A stretch of 64,000 bases of DNA. It comes from a virus (taxonomy: Duplodnaviria; Caudoviricetes). Made by a program: the position numbers and the translations under genes. How positions within the stretch are numbered: the stretch's first letter is position 1; every line of letters starts with the position of its first letter. The DNA lies in IMG/VR virus record IMGVR_UViG_2675903060_000001, positions 42,864 through 106,863 of that record; one strand, given 5' to 3'. Shown piece by piece: positions 19,266-27,708 of the stretch. The notes under the pieces were generated by a model. That model saw only the letters and a list, made by a program, of their open reading frames with translations. It was not told the origin of the DNA and did no database searches.

Positions 19266-19961
19266 ATGCCCGAGCTGGTCGAGGTGTGGGACGCCGAGCT
19301 GTCCTACACGCACACGCCCCTGATGGACACGCCGGGGCCGGTCCCCGCGCACGCGGACGGCGCCGAACCGCTGTGGTGCGTCTACCAGTACGCGCCCGCG
19401 ACGCAGATGGAGATCCACCACGCTCTGCCGCACACCCTGTTCGAGTGGCGGGCCGCGATGCACGGCATCGACCCCGACGACACCGCGACACTGCTCGACG
19501 TCGCGCTGCACGAGCCGTACCTGCCCGCCGCCGACGACATGTTCGCGTCCGACGACCCGTCCGCCGCGTCGGTGCTCGCCGAGACGCGCGGCCTGCCGAC
19601 GTGGCAGACACCGGGCGTGCCCGACGCTGACCGGCTCGCCGCGTGCCTGGCCCAGATCGAGGCGGTGAAGACGCACCGGGTGCGGCTGGAAGCGGCTCCG
19701 CTGACGGCCCGGCTCAAGGCGCTGGTGTACGTCGGCTCCGACCGCGCCCTGGCCGACGACCCGCTGGAGCCGGTCACGTCGCTGATGCGGCTCGACCCCG
19801 TCCGCGTGCAGGCCCGTCGCCAGGCGGTCGAATGGGTGAGAGCTGGCCGGGAAGCCGCTGCCGCGGCCGGGCGGGGCCTGATCGTGCCGACGTTCCACGG
19901 GCCGAAACCTGCCGGGACGTTCGTCGGGATGCAGCCCCGGCCAGGGGGGAGCAGCCTGTGA
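19266..19961 (+). CDS. Hypothetical tail-region protein
   Basis: GAAGGA RBS; high-GC3 codon usage; FEWRAAMHGIDPDDTATLLDVALHEPY. Confidence 0.65.
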   Translation: MPELVEVWDAELSYTHTPLMDTPGPVPAHADGAEPLWCVYQYAPATQMEIHHALPHTLFEWRAAMHGIDPDDTATLLDVALHEPYLPAADDMFASDDPSAASVLAETRGLPTWQTPGVPDADRLAACLAQIEAVKTHRVRLEAAPLTARLKALVYVGSDRALADDPLEPVTSLMRLDPVRVQARRQAVEWVRAGREAAAAAGRGLIVPTFHGPKPAGTFVGMQPRPGGSSL

Positions 19962-20299
19962 GCGCCGACGACATGCCCAGCGTCGCCCTGTCGCTGGAGA
20001 CACTGCGACGCCTGGTCGAAGTCGGCTTCGCCCAGGTCAACGGCCAGATCGCGTTGGTCCGGCAGGAGCTGGAGCAGGTGAACGCTCAGCACGCCAGCCT
20101 CGCGCAGCGCGTCGAGCAGGACAGGATGACCGCCGACGTCCGCCACGCCGCGCTGGAGACCCGCCTGGACGCTCTCGAACGGGAGGCGGTGACGCGGTCC
20201 CAGCTCGCCGACCGCACCCGCCAGATCATCGCCGTCGTGACCGTGCTGCTGCTCGTCGCGGGCACCGTCATATCGCTGATCAGCCTGACCCGGAACTGA
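19958..20299 (+). CDS. Coiled-coil protein with C-terminal TM helix (lysis-cassette membrane protein)
   Basis: GTGA overlap; LETLRRLVEVGFAQVNGQ coiled coil; hydrophobic C-terminus. Confidence 0.65.
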   Translation: MSADDMPSVALSLETLRRLVEVGFAQVNGQIALVRQELEQVNAQHASLAQRVEQDRMTADVRHAALETRLDALEREAVTRSQLADRTRQIIAVVTVLLLVAGTVISLISLTRN

Positions 20300-20427
20300 G
20301 CCCCCTGTTGATCGTGTTCCCCGCGCGGGACGGCCTGCTCGTCGTGCCCGCTGTTCTGCCCATCCACGTCAGCGACGACGAGCTCAAGATGACCGTCGCC
20401 GACTGGCTCACCCACCGGGAGATCCCC

Positions 20428-20595
20428 ATGTCCGACCCCTCCGCCGAGCCGATCGAGGTCCTGGACGGCCAGGACCCGCTTCCGCTGCCGCCGTTCGCCG
20501 GCGCGGGCGTGACCGCGCTCGACCCCGACCAGGACGCGCTCCCGCAGGAGCCCGGCAGCGCCATCGAGGAGGTGCCCGCCGATGACCACGCCTGA
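20428..20595 (+). CDS. Small acidic hypothetical protein
   Basis: GGGAG RBS before ATG 20428; upstream TTG 20308 also possible. Confidence 0.45.
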   Translation: MSDPSAEPIEVLDGQDPLPLPPFAGAGVTALDPDQDALPQEPGSAIEEVPADDHA

Positions 20596-20854
20596 CCGGC
20601 CACCCATCACCGGAGACATCGTCCGCTACCGAGGCAAGCACGGTTTCCACGCGGTTCGCGCCGCCATCGTGACGGCCGACGTGGACACCCTCGATCCCGC
20701 CGGTGTGCGCGTTGGCACCGTGCCCGCGCTCGACAGCCCCGCACACGTCCACCTGCTGGTGTTCACCCCCGGCGCGCGCGGCTCGTTCTGGGAGTTCAAC
20801 GTGCCGCCCGGCGACGAGCCCGGCACCTGGCACTGGCCGCCGGAGCGGTCATGA
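20582..20854 (+). CDS. Small phage protein (SH3-like)
   Basis: GGAGG RBS; GDIVRY...RAAIVT...VHLLVF...PGTWHWPPE motif. Confidence 0.65.
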   Translation: MTTPDRPPITGDIVRYRGKHGFHAVRAAIVTADVDTLDPAGVRVGTVPALDSPAHVHLLVFTPGARGSFWEFNVPPGDEPGTWHWPPERS

Positions 20855-21621
20855 AGGTCACGGACCCCGTGGACCGGCTCCTGTCCGAGGCCCGCGCGCA
20901 GCTCGGCTACACCGAGAGCCCGACCGGCTGGACCGTGTTCGGGTCGTGGTGGGCCAAACGCCACGGCAAACCGTCGTCGTGGGCGCTGGAGCCGTGGTGC
21001 GACATGTTCGTCGCCTGGTGCGCGTACAAGGCCGGGCTGCTGCCCGTCGTCGGCGACCACGCCTGGACGGTCGGCCACGCGCAGTGGTTCAAAGCGCGCG
21101 GCCAATGGGGGCACACCCCGCGGCGGGGCGCGATCGTGTTCTTCGACTGGGGCGGCTCCCGCGACATCCAGCGCATCGACCACGTCGGCATCGTGGAGGC
21201 CGTCCGCGACGGCAGCCGGACCATCGTCACGATCGAGGGCAACACCGACAACCGCGTGAGACGCCGTGAACGGTCGCTGGCGAACGTGGCCGGGTTCGGC
21301 TACCCCGTCTACCTGCCCGCGCCTGCGACTCCGAAGCCGCCCGCTACTCCGGCGCTCACCTGGACGGAGACGATGATGAAGAACCTCCCGACGCTGCGGC
21401 GCGGCGACGGCAAGGACCCGAACGACCCGAAGCGGTGGCACGTCAAGACCGCGTTCTACCTGCTGCACGCCCGAGGCCACGGCCTGGCGGGCGGCATAGA
21501 CGACACCGTGTTCGGCGGCCCCATGGAGGACGCCGTCCGCGCCGTCCAGCGCGCCGCGGGCAAGCGCGTGGACGGCGTGATCGGGCCGGAAACCTGGCCC
21601 GTGCTCGTCCGCGTCTCCTGA
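20851..21621 (+). CDS. Endolysin: CHAP domain + peptidoglycan-binding domain
   Basis: PWCDMFVAWC, GAIVFFDW, HVGIVE, TIEGNT; C-terminal AVRAVQ...VDGVIGPETW. Confidence 0.92.
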   Translation: MKVTDPVDRLLSEARAQLGYTESPTGWTVFGSWWAKRHGKPSSWALEPWCDMFVAWCAYKAGLLPVVGDHAWTVGHAQWFKARGQWGHTPRRGAIVFFDWGGSRDIQRIDHVGIVEAVRDGSRTIVTIEGNTDNRVRRRERSLANVAGFGYPVYLPAPATPKPPATPALTWTETMMKNLPTLRRGDGKDPNDPKRWHVKTAFYLLHARGHGLAGGIDDTVFGGPMEDAVRAVQRAAGKRVDGVIGPETWPVLVRVS

Positions 21622-21638
21622 CACCCCAAGGAGTGATC

Positions 21639-22049
21639 ATGCTGAGGTTCCTGTCCACCGTGCTCGCCGCCCTCGCTGCCGTGCTGCTCGCGGCCGGGCT
21701 CGGCGGCACCATCGCCACCGCCACCACCACGGCGGCGGCCCCGAAGACGCTCGGCTTCTGCGCCAAGCAAGCCGGCGGCGCGGTCCGCATGCTGGAGCCC
21801 AAGAACACCGCCAAGTCGCAGTTCGGCGCCTGCAAGAAGGGCGAGACCCGCGTCCAGCTCCCCACCACCACGGCCAAGGGCCCGAAGGGCGACACCGGAC
21901 CGGCCGGCCCCAAGGGCGAGACCGGCAAGGACGGCAAGGACGGGCGCGGGCTCGACGGCGCACCCTTCAAGATGACGTTCACCGGCAACGGCCCCTGGTC
22001 CTGCTCGTGGAAGGCCGACACCGAGACGCTCGCCTGCATCACCCCATAG
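21639..22049 (+). CDS. Secreted protein with short collagen-like (G-x-y) repeat
   Basis: Signal peptide; GPKGDTGPAGPKGETGKDGKDG. Confidence 0.75.
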   Translation: MLRFLSTVLAALAAVLLAAGLGGTIATATTTAAAPKTLGFCAKQAGGAVRMLEPKNTAKSQFGACKKGETRVQLPTTTAKGPKGDTGPAGPKGETGKDGKDGRGLDGAPFKMTFTGNGPWSCSWKADTETLACITP

Positions 22050-22055
22050 TTCATT

Positions 22056-22075
22056 CGTTTGCGTAACCGCCAACT
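22056..22075. repeat. Dispersed palindrome, copy 3 (CGTTTGCGTAACCGCCAACT)
   Basis: Intergenic before holin. Confidence 0.7.
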
Positions 22076-22096
22076 CACCCCTCTTGGAGGACTGGC

Positions 22097-22483
22097 ATGT
22101 CCATCGTGAAGAAGACGCCGACCGTCTGGGGGCAGGAGCCCGCGGTCATCGCGTACGTGCTGAACGCGCTGCTGGCGTTCCTCGTCACCATCCCCGCCCT
22201 CGGCCTGGACGAGACCGCGGCGGGCTACATCTCGACCATCGGGTCGGGGGTGCTCGCGCTCATCGTCGCGTGGCAGACCCGGCCGTGGGTCATCTCCGCG
22301 CTGACCGGCTCGGTGTCCACGATCCTGACGGGCGTCTCGCACTTCTGGCTGGTGCTCACCCCCGCGCAGACGGCGGCGTTCATTCTGCTGCTGTCGTCGG
22401 TCCTCGGCCTGGTCCTGCGCGGCCATGTGTCCCCGAAGGCGGGGCCGGTCGCACCGGTCGTCGTCGTGAATCGACTGTCGTAG
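22097..22483 (+). CDS. Holin-like membrane protein
   Basis: GGAGG RBS; GQEPA start, about 4 TM segments, LRGHVSP end. Confidence 0.75.
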   Translation: MSIVKKTPTVWGQEPAVIAYVLNALLAFLVTIPALGLDETAAGYISTIGSGVLALIVAWQTRPWVISALTGSVSTILTGVSHFWLVLTPAQTAAFILLLSSVLGLVLRGHVSPKAGPVAPVVVVNRLS

Positions 22484-22496
22484 CCTCCCCAGACCG

Positions 22497-22539
22497 AGAT
22501 GGCCCCTGCTCGCCCATCATGGGCGAGTAGGGGCCATCT
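22497..22539 (+). terminator. Hairpin terminator ending the late operon
   Basis: AGATGGCCCCTGCTCGCCCAT / ATGGGCGAGTAGGGGCCATCT followed by a T-rich run. Confidence 0.8.
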
Positions 22540-22577
22540 TCTGTCTCTTCGCAGATCAATGCCTCACACCGGGGAGG

Positions 22578-22823
22578 CTACCTGCCCGAGGGGATCGCAA
22601 TGGTGAGCTCTACCCCGGTGCTCGTCACGATGATGACGAGCACGAGAAGGACGAGAAGCTTCCATCCTCGCCCCACAGGGTTGTAGACCTGGCCGGCTGT
22701 GATGATGCACGGCTGGTAGATGGACCCGAGGGTAGCGAGAGTGTTAGCCACTACCTTCTTAATGGCTTCGTAGGGGACTACGAAGCCTCCTTGGTTAATG
22801 TAATCAGGTTGGTAGTCGGTCAC
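22578..22823 (-). CDS. Small membrane protein in lower-GC island
   Basis: C-terminal WKLLVLLVLVIIVT helix; atypical codon usage; start uncertain. Confidence 0.4.
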   Translation of the reverse strand: MTDYQPDYINQGGFVVPYEAIKKVVANTLATLGSIYQPCIITAGQVYNPVGRGWKLLVLLVLVIIVTSTGVELTIAIPSGR

Positions 22824-23215
22824 TGTCTTATGTCTCTCTCTTACTAGAGAGCCTGCTATCCAACCTGTTAGTGGAGTCCTGTAGCTCCCCGGTTTAACTT
22901 AATCCGGTACGATGGAGCTGCACAGTACAGGAGTCCTACCACGAACAGGCTGGTAGCGGGCTCGGTACCTTGGGGGGGTCTGGTCGCTCCAACGACCAGC
23001 CCCCCCCGTTTGCCGTTCCAATAGTAGCCGCACTCAGGACACTCTGTGGGGTTTGGCCTTTGACGTGCGGAAACGCAAGAACGTGCGCAGAGAATTGCGT
23101 AGATGGGCGCGCAGAAACGGGGAGTCCCAAAGGACAACATGGCCATCCCCAGACCTCATAGTGGAGAGACGAGAGGGTTCTTGGCGATTGAACCCTCGCC
23201 CGCGCCACAGGACAT

Positions 23216-23251
23216 AGAAGGCCCCACCCGCTCCGGCGGGTGGGGCCTTCT
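23216..23251. terminator. Hairpin terminator (possibly bidirectional)
   Basis: AGAAGGCCCCACCCG-ctccgg-CGGGTGGGGCCTTCT just past the stop of the leftward gene. Confidence 0.8.
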
Positions 23252-23257
23252 TCGCGT

Positions 23258-23470
23258 TCAGATGATCAGTGTGGGCCAGCCGTCGAGTTCCACCTCGTGA
23301 TTCGGGATCACGTACAGCAGTTCGTGCTCGCTCTCGCCGTATCCGTGCTCGGTGGCCCACTGCTGTGCGTGCTCGGGCAGGTCGTCCCAGTCGATCCCTG
23401 ATGCGGCCAGTTCGACGGCGCCCTCGGGCATGATGTCGCCGGCTGATGCGGAGATGAGAGTCATGACCAT
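23258..23470 (-). CDS. Small acidic hypothetical protein
   Basis: AGGAGG RBS before ATG 23470; IDWDDLPEHAQQWA. Confidence 0.65.
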   Translation of the reverse strand: MVMTLISASAGDIMPEGAVELAASGIDWDDLPEHAQQWATEHGYGESEHELLYVIPNHEVELDGWPTLII

Positions 23471-23644
23471 GATTCCTCCTGGGGGACATGCCGAAGCGGG
23501 GTTATCCCTCCAGGGTGATGAAGTCAGCGGGCCTGGGCTCCGCAACCGAGGGTACAGCGGCTACCTGCCGCCGGTCCTTGGGTCAGCCTGCGTACTTCAG
23601 GCACTGCCACCGTCGGGCGCGGCAGGCTGGATGCCGAGCATGGC

Positions 23645-24028
23645 TCACTCGGCCTCACCACCAGACGAGCCCATTTGCAAGGCCCAGCCGCCTTGACGCC
23701 ACGACCAGCCGTAGTCAGGGATGCCCACGAGGTGCCGGAGGGTGCCGTCCTCGGCCTGCTCGATGAGCTGGGTGGCCTGGTCCTCGTACTCGTCGTAGTG
23801 GCCTCGCCCGCCGTGGGCGGCGTGCAGGGCCGCCATGAGGGCGATTCGGGCCTCGTCCGCCACGTGGTAGGCGAGATTCACCTTCGCGATGTTCTCTGGT
23901 GTGGTGGTGCTGTGGCGGGCGTTCTCCGCCTCGAAGGTGGACAGCTTGGTTTTCGCGCGGCTGGCCAGTGCCAGGAGAATCGCTTCGCTGCCCTCGGGAA
24001 GGTCGCTCATCGGCACCTTCATGATCAT
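23645..24028 (-). CDS. Hypothetical protein
   Basis: GAAGAGG RBS; helical protein. Confidence 0.6.
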   Translation of the reverse strand: MIMKVPMSDLPEGSEAILLALASRAKTKLSTFEAENARHSTTTPENIAKVNLAYHVADEARIALMAALHAAHGGRGHYDEYEDQATQLIEQAEDGTLRHLVGIPDYGWSWRQGGWALQMGSSGGEAE

Positions 24029-24131
24029 GACCTCTTCTCTGCGCAGAGTGATTCGGGAGTCGTCAGGACTCCCGTGGACCCCCACCTGCGTGAGGAGAAG
24101 GACCCCGCATGCACGGGGAGCAGTTCCGAGC

Positions 24132-24322
24132 CTACGCGTCTGGCAGGCCAGGGTCGTGGCGTCTCACGATCTGCCAGTATTCGTCGCTGGGAATGGCGTC
24201 GATGCTCGTGATTCGTAGCCGTAGGTGCTGCCGATTTCCTCGATGATGCCTTCGATGTCGAAGGTGTCCGGGTGATCGCCAAGGGTTTGGCGTATGGCAG
24301 TTGCCAGGTCTTGCTGGGTCAT
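24132..24322 (-). pseudogene. Small acidic protein gene with apparent 1-nt frameshift near 24212
   Basis: AAGGAGG RBS; MTQQDLATAIRQTLGDHPDTFDIEGIIEEIGSTYGYE continues plausibly only in another frame as ITSIDAIPSDEYWQIVRRHD. Confidence 0.6.
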
Positions 24323-25092
24323 GTTCCTCCTTCGCTCTGTAGAGATAGTGCCTGTTCGAGAAAGCGCACGCGGGCCGGGTTGGCGATGATGCGCAGGAGC
24401 TCCACCGCCCGGCCGCGCCCGTCCGCGATGACCTGGTCGGCGGCCAGCACCCATGCCCCGGCCGCGAGACCGAGCCCCTTCGCCTCGTCGCCGGTCGCGG
24501 GCCGCGCCCCGATGGCGCGGCGGACGACGGCGGCGGGGGCGTGCCCGGCCTGGGCCAGCGTGCCGTAGATGCCGCCCGGCACCTGCTGCTTGGCCGCGAT
24601 CGGCGTGCCTTCGACCAGCTCGGCCGGGTAGATCGCCTCGTCCAGTCGGACCGGGACGTCGCCGGCGTGCGCGGTCCGGGCGCGGATCACGACTGCGGCG
24701 CCGGGGGCGACGCCCAGCAGGGCCGCCTCGTCCTGGGCGGCGGCCCTGCTGGTGACGGAGGTCGTGACCGTGCGCCCCTCCAGGCCGGCGAGCTTGCAGC
24801 ATTCGGCCCAGGGGAGGGGGCCGTGGCCTAGCGGGTTGTGGAGTGTCAGGTCCACGACCGGCGGGTTCGGATCTTGGACGATCATGCCGACCGCCGCGTT
24901 GCGGCGGATCAGCCCTTCCTCTTTGAGGATCTTGTACGCCTTGAGCAGGACGTTGTCGGAGCCGAGTCCGTATTTCCTTATCAGGTCGCGGGTGTGGGGA
25001 AGCGGCTGGCCTACGGGGTAGATGCCGCTGACGATCTTCGCGCGGAGATCGTCAGCGACCTGCTGGTAGCGGGGGAGGGGCTTCTCGGCCAT
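24319..25092 (-). CDS. GntR-UTRA (HutC/KorA-like) regulator
   Basis: PRYQQVADDLRAKI.SG.YPVG..LP wHTH; UTRA motif ARPATGDEAKGLGL. Confidence 0.9.
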   Translation of the reverse strand: MAEKPLPRYQQVADDLRAKIVSGIYPVGQPLPHTRDLIRKYGLGSDNVLLKAYKILKEEGLIRRNAAVGMIVQDPNPPVVDLTLHNPLGHGPLPWAECCKLAGLEGRTVTTSVTSRAAAQDEAALLGVAPGAAVVIRARTAHAGDVPVRLDEAIYPAELVEGTPIAAKQQVPGGIYGTLAQAGHAPAAVVRRAIGARPATGDEAKGLGLAAGAWVLAADQVIADGRGRAVELLRIIANPARVRFLEQALSLQSEGGT

Positions 25093-25127
25093 GAGGGCAT
25101 GTTACGCGCGGAACATGGCGATGTCTA
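25093..25127 (-). promoter_or_regulatory. Leaderless promoter TAGACA-N17-TAACAT with overlapping CATGTT-N8-AACATG palindrome
   Basis: -10 lies 6 nt before the ATG; the palindrome is a likely operator. Confidence 0.6.
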
Positions 25128-25143
25128 GGGTGCCGCATGCGTC

Positions 25144-26478
25144 TCACGCAGCAGTGATCAACTCGTGGAACTCGCGGGCCTGTGCCTGGTCGGGCCACCG
25201 CGACATCAAGATCGCATCCAGGCGCACCAGCTCCGCCCGCACCGACTGTGAACCCGCCTCCGTCGCGATCACCAACGCCTCACCCGCCGTCATCGCCGCC
25301 TCGTCGGGTGCCTGCGCGGCGGCGTGCGCGTGCGCCAGCCGCGCCATGTAGCTGGCCTTGTCCCGGCGCTGCGTCGGCCGCAACCCCGTGATGCAGCTCG
25401 TCAGCAGATCGACGGCCTCACCGGGCCGCCCCGCCTCCAGGTACGCCGTCGCCGCCTCCGCGTCCCCGAAACGCGAGCCGTAGAACCGCAGATACCCCGG
25501 CGTCTCCTCGCCCGGCGACACGGCCAGCAACTCGCCCGCACGCTCCATGTCCGCGTCCGGTCGGCCGCCGGCGAGCGCCCGGCCGCGCGCCAGGTAGGCG
25601 TGACCGATGCCGGCCAGCACGGGCGGGATCGGCCACGACGGGTTGACCGCCTGCTCGGCCAGGTCCAGCGCGGTCCGGTGGTCACGCCCGTCAAGCGCCA
25701 GCGACGCCTTGCGGAGCTGCATGTACGTCACCATCGGGTAGTCGCCGCTGTCCATCGCCCACAGCGCGGCGCGCTCGGCCCAGGCCAGGCAGCCGGACAG
25801 GTCCCCGGCCTCCTTGCTCAACCAGCTCAGGTGCTCGGCGTACGCGCCCTGCACCGTGCGGAGCTTCCGGCGGGTGGCCGCGTCGCACGACTGCCGGATC
25901 TGCTCGATCCCGTCCAGCCGCTTCCGCAGCGCCTCGATGTGCACCGCGGGCGGGAACAGGTGGTGCGCGTCCTGGTGCCCGACGAGGAACCGGGTGGCGT
26001 AGGCGACCGGGTCCTCGTCGCGAGGCCAGGCGGGAGCCGACACCGCGGCGGCGGGTGCGGCCGGGAGGACTCCGGCGCCGCCGGCTGCGAGAAGCCCGAG
26101 GAGCGTGCGGCGAGACAACGACACGTGGACCACCTTCCCGGCGATGCTGATCGGCACGGTGACCGCGTCGTCATCAGGGTAATCGCCGCCGTTCGACATG
26201 GACATCTCCAGGATGCCCGGAATGGTGTTGCGCGGCGGAAAGAGTGTTGCGTTTTGTGTTGCGCCTTGCCGCAACACCACAAGAAGGCCGTCCGTGTGAA
26301 GTACCTGGTCAACGGCCTTCACCGCAGAAGGCGACAGCCGGGCCAGGCCGTTCTCGGCGCGGGAGATGCGGCTCGGGTCCACGCGCGCCGCCTTGGCTAA
26401 GCCCCGGACGCTGAGCCCTTGAGCCTCGCGGAAATGGCGCATGACCTGCCCGAACAGGACTGCTGTGCCGTCTGGCAT
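25144..26478 (-). CDS. XRE-family HTH regulator with TPR-like C-terminal domain
   Basis: FGQVMRHFREAQGLSVRGLA...PSRISRAENG HTH; internal SRRTLL; helical repeats. Confidence 0.88.
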   Translation of the reverse strand: MPDGTAVLFGQVMRHFREAQGLSVRGLAKAARVDPSRISRAENGLARLSPSAVKAVDQVLHTDGLLVVLRQGATQNATLFPPRNTIPGILEMSMSNGGDYPDDDAVTVPISIAGKVVHVSLSRRTLLGLLAAGGAGVLPAAPAAAVSAPAWPRDEDPVAYATRFLVGHQDAHHLFPPAVHIEALRKRLDGIEQIRQSCDAATRRKLRTVQGAYAEHLSWLSKEAGDLSGCLAWAERAALWAMDSGDYPMVTYMQLRKASLALDGRDHRTALDLAEQAVNPSWPIPPVLAGIGHAYLARGRALAGGRPDADMERAGELLAVSPGEETPGYLRFYGSRFGDAEAATAYLEAGRPGEAVDLLTSCITGLRPTQRRDKASYMARLAHAHAAAQAPDEAAMTAGEALVIATEAGSQSVRAELVRLDAILMSRWPDQAQAREFHELITAA

Positions 26479-26525
26479 CTCGCCTCCCGAGGTGTTGCGC
26501 CTAGGCGCAACACAAGACGCAACAC
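26244..26525. repeat. 34-bp inverted repeats (31/34 identical) built from GTGTTGCG half-sites, at 26244-26277 and 26492-26525
   Basis: Read directly; each arm contains GTGTTGCG-N6-CGCAACAC plus an extra half-site. Confidence 0.85.
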
Positions 26526-26671
26526 CCAGTTTGCCAACAAGGCTGCGACAGGAGCAGCGTGTTGTTCAACCCGAGTTCCGATCGCAGGGTAACTCCCGAA
26601 GCCGGAGGTCTGCTATGCGCGACGCAGCGATAGCACGCCGTGAAAGCCCGAGGCGTGGCATGCAGCCTTGC

Positions 26672-27460
26672 TCAGTCCTCCAGCTCGATCGTGTACCGCA
26701 AGATCGACATGTGGGTCGGGATCACGTAGAGCGTCACCTTGACCGGCTCGCCCGCCTCGTTGACGGTGACGTGCTGGATGTCGAACACCCGCTGATCCTC
26801 GGTCATCGACAAGAACTCGATCTCGTCCGGCTCGGGCGGGCGCACGCTGATGGTCTCAGTAAGCCTCTTCTGTCGCTGGCCCAGGTCTGCGAGCCGGCTA
26901 CTGATGCCGCCGACGCCGGTGTCTTCGTCCTCGATCTGGGTGCCTTCGGCGATCGAGAGCGGGATGTAGCTGATCGCGATCTGGTAGGGCACATGCCGCG
27001 CGCCCGGCGCTGGCACGATCTTCATGTAGCGGGCCCGCATGACGGTGGACACCTCACCGGAGCTCACGCCCAGCAGGTCGGCTACGCGCTTCGGTGGCGC
27101 CACGCGGTCGATGATGTTGCGGGTGTCGTAGCTGAGATCGCGCTCGGCCAGCTCGGAGGCGAACGCGCCACGGGCGCCGCCTCGCTCCCTGCGGGTCTTG
27201 CTGTGGCGGACGGAGGCGTCTCGGACGATCGGCATGATGTCGCGGACGATCGTGCCAACGCCTCGGTGGACGCGGACCCAGCCTTCTGCCACGAGGATGC
27301 GCAGCGCCCGGTTCACGGTGACGCGGGTGACGCCGTACTGCTCGGCCAGCTCCACTTCGGTGGGCAGCTTCTGGCCAAGTGGATACGTACCGTCTTCGAT
27401 CTTCGCGCGGATGTCGTGGGCGACCTCCCGGAAGATGCTCGTGCTTCGCGCGGATGTCAT
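26672..27460 (-). CDS. GntR-UTRA regulator, KorA/TraR-like repressor of transfer genes
   Basis: FREVAHDIRAKI..G.YPLG.KLPTE.ELAEQYGVTRVTVNRAL; UTRA domain; divergent from the traB operon. Confidence 0.9.
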   Translation of the reverse strand: MTSARSTSIFREVAHDIRAKIEDGTYPLGQKLPTEVELAEQYGVTRVTVNRALRILVAEGWVRVHRGVGTIVRDIMPIVRDASVRHSKTRRERGGARGAFASELAERDLSYDTRNIIDRVAPPKRVADLLGVSSGEVSTVMRARYMKIVPAPGARHVPYQIAISYIPLSIAEGTQIEDEDTGVGGISSRLADLGQRQKRLTETISVRPPEPDEIEFLSMTEDQRVFDIQHVTVNEAGEPVKVTLYVIPTHMSILRYTIELED

Positions 27461-27476
27461 GTCTCTAACCCTATCG

Positions 27477-27536
27477 GTAGGAACTACCCTCCCGTCTTCA
27501 GGCTTGACGTAGTTCCTAAAAAGGAGTAGGAACTAC
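27477..27536. promoter_or_regulatory. Divergent promoter region with three GTAGGAACTAC-type operators; rightward TTGACG-N17-TAGGAA
   Basis: Copies at 27477-27487, 27509-27518 (inverted) and 27526-27536; GT...AC symmetry typical of GntR operators. Confidence 0.7.
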
Positions 27537-27557
27537 CTATAGAAAGACGCGAGCCGA

Positions 27558-27670
27558 GGCGCTGGAACGCCGGAGTTCGTGAAGCACGACAGATCCCACC
27601 TGGTGCTGGAACACCGGCGGAGATCCCCAGGAACGCAAGACGGCCCCCGGTGCTGGAACACCGGAGGCCG
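27558..27670 (+). repeat. Three hairpins GGYG-CTGGAA-CRCC in the transfer-operon leader
   Basis: Copies at 27558, 27602 and 27649; stem covaries (C-G vs T-A), loop invariant. Confidence 0.75.
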
Positions 27671-27708
27671 CCGACTCAGGTCACTCCTCGCGAAAAGAGA
27701 TCAACCTG

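Noticed and set aside
22849-22963. Retron msr-msd
   Set aside because: A long hairpin is present but there is no reverse transcriptase in the window.
22868-23146. 92-aa ORF with CPECGYYW
   Set aside because: Weak RBS, atypical codons, and it runs through several hairpins; not supportable as a gene, though a short Zn-ribbon peptide cannot be excluded.
26030-26130. Tat signal (SRRTLL) in the XRE protein
   Set aside because: It is internal to a DNA-binding protein, and such RR-x-LL linkers are common in actinobacterial XRE regulators; export is unsupported.
26604-26672. GGAGG + ATG at 26615 divergent from the XRE gene
   Set aside because: The frame runs antisense through the GntR gene with no recognisable product; at most a remnant start.
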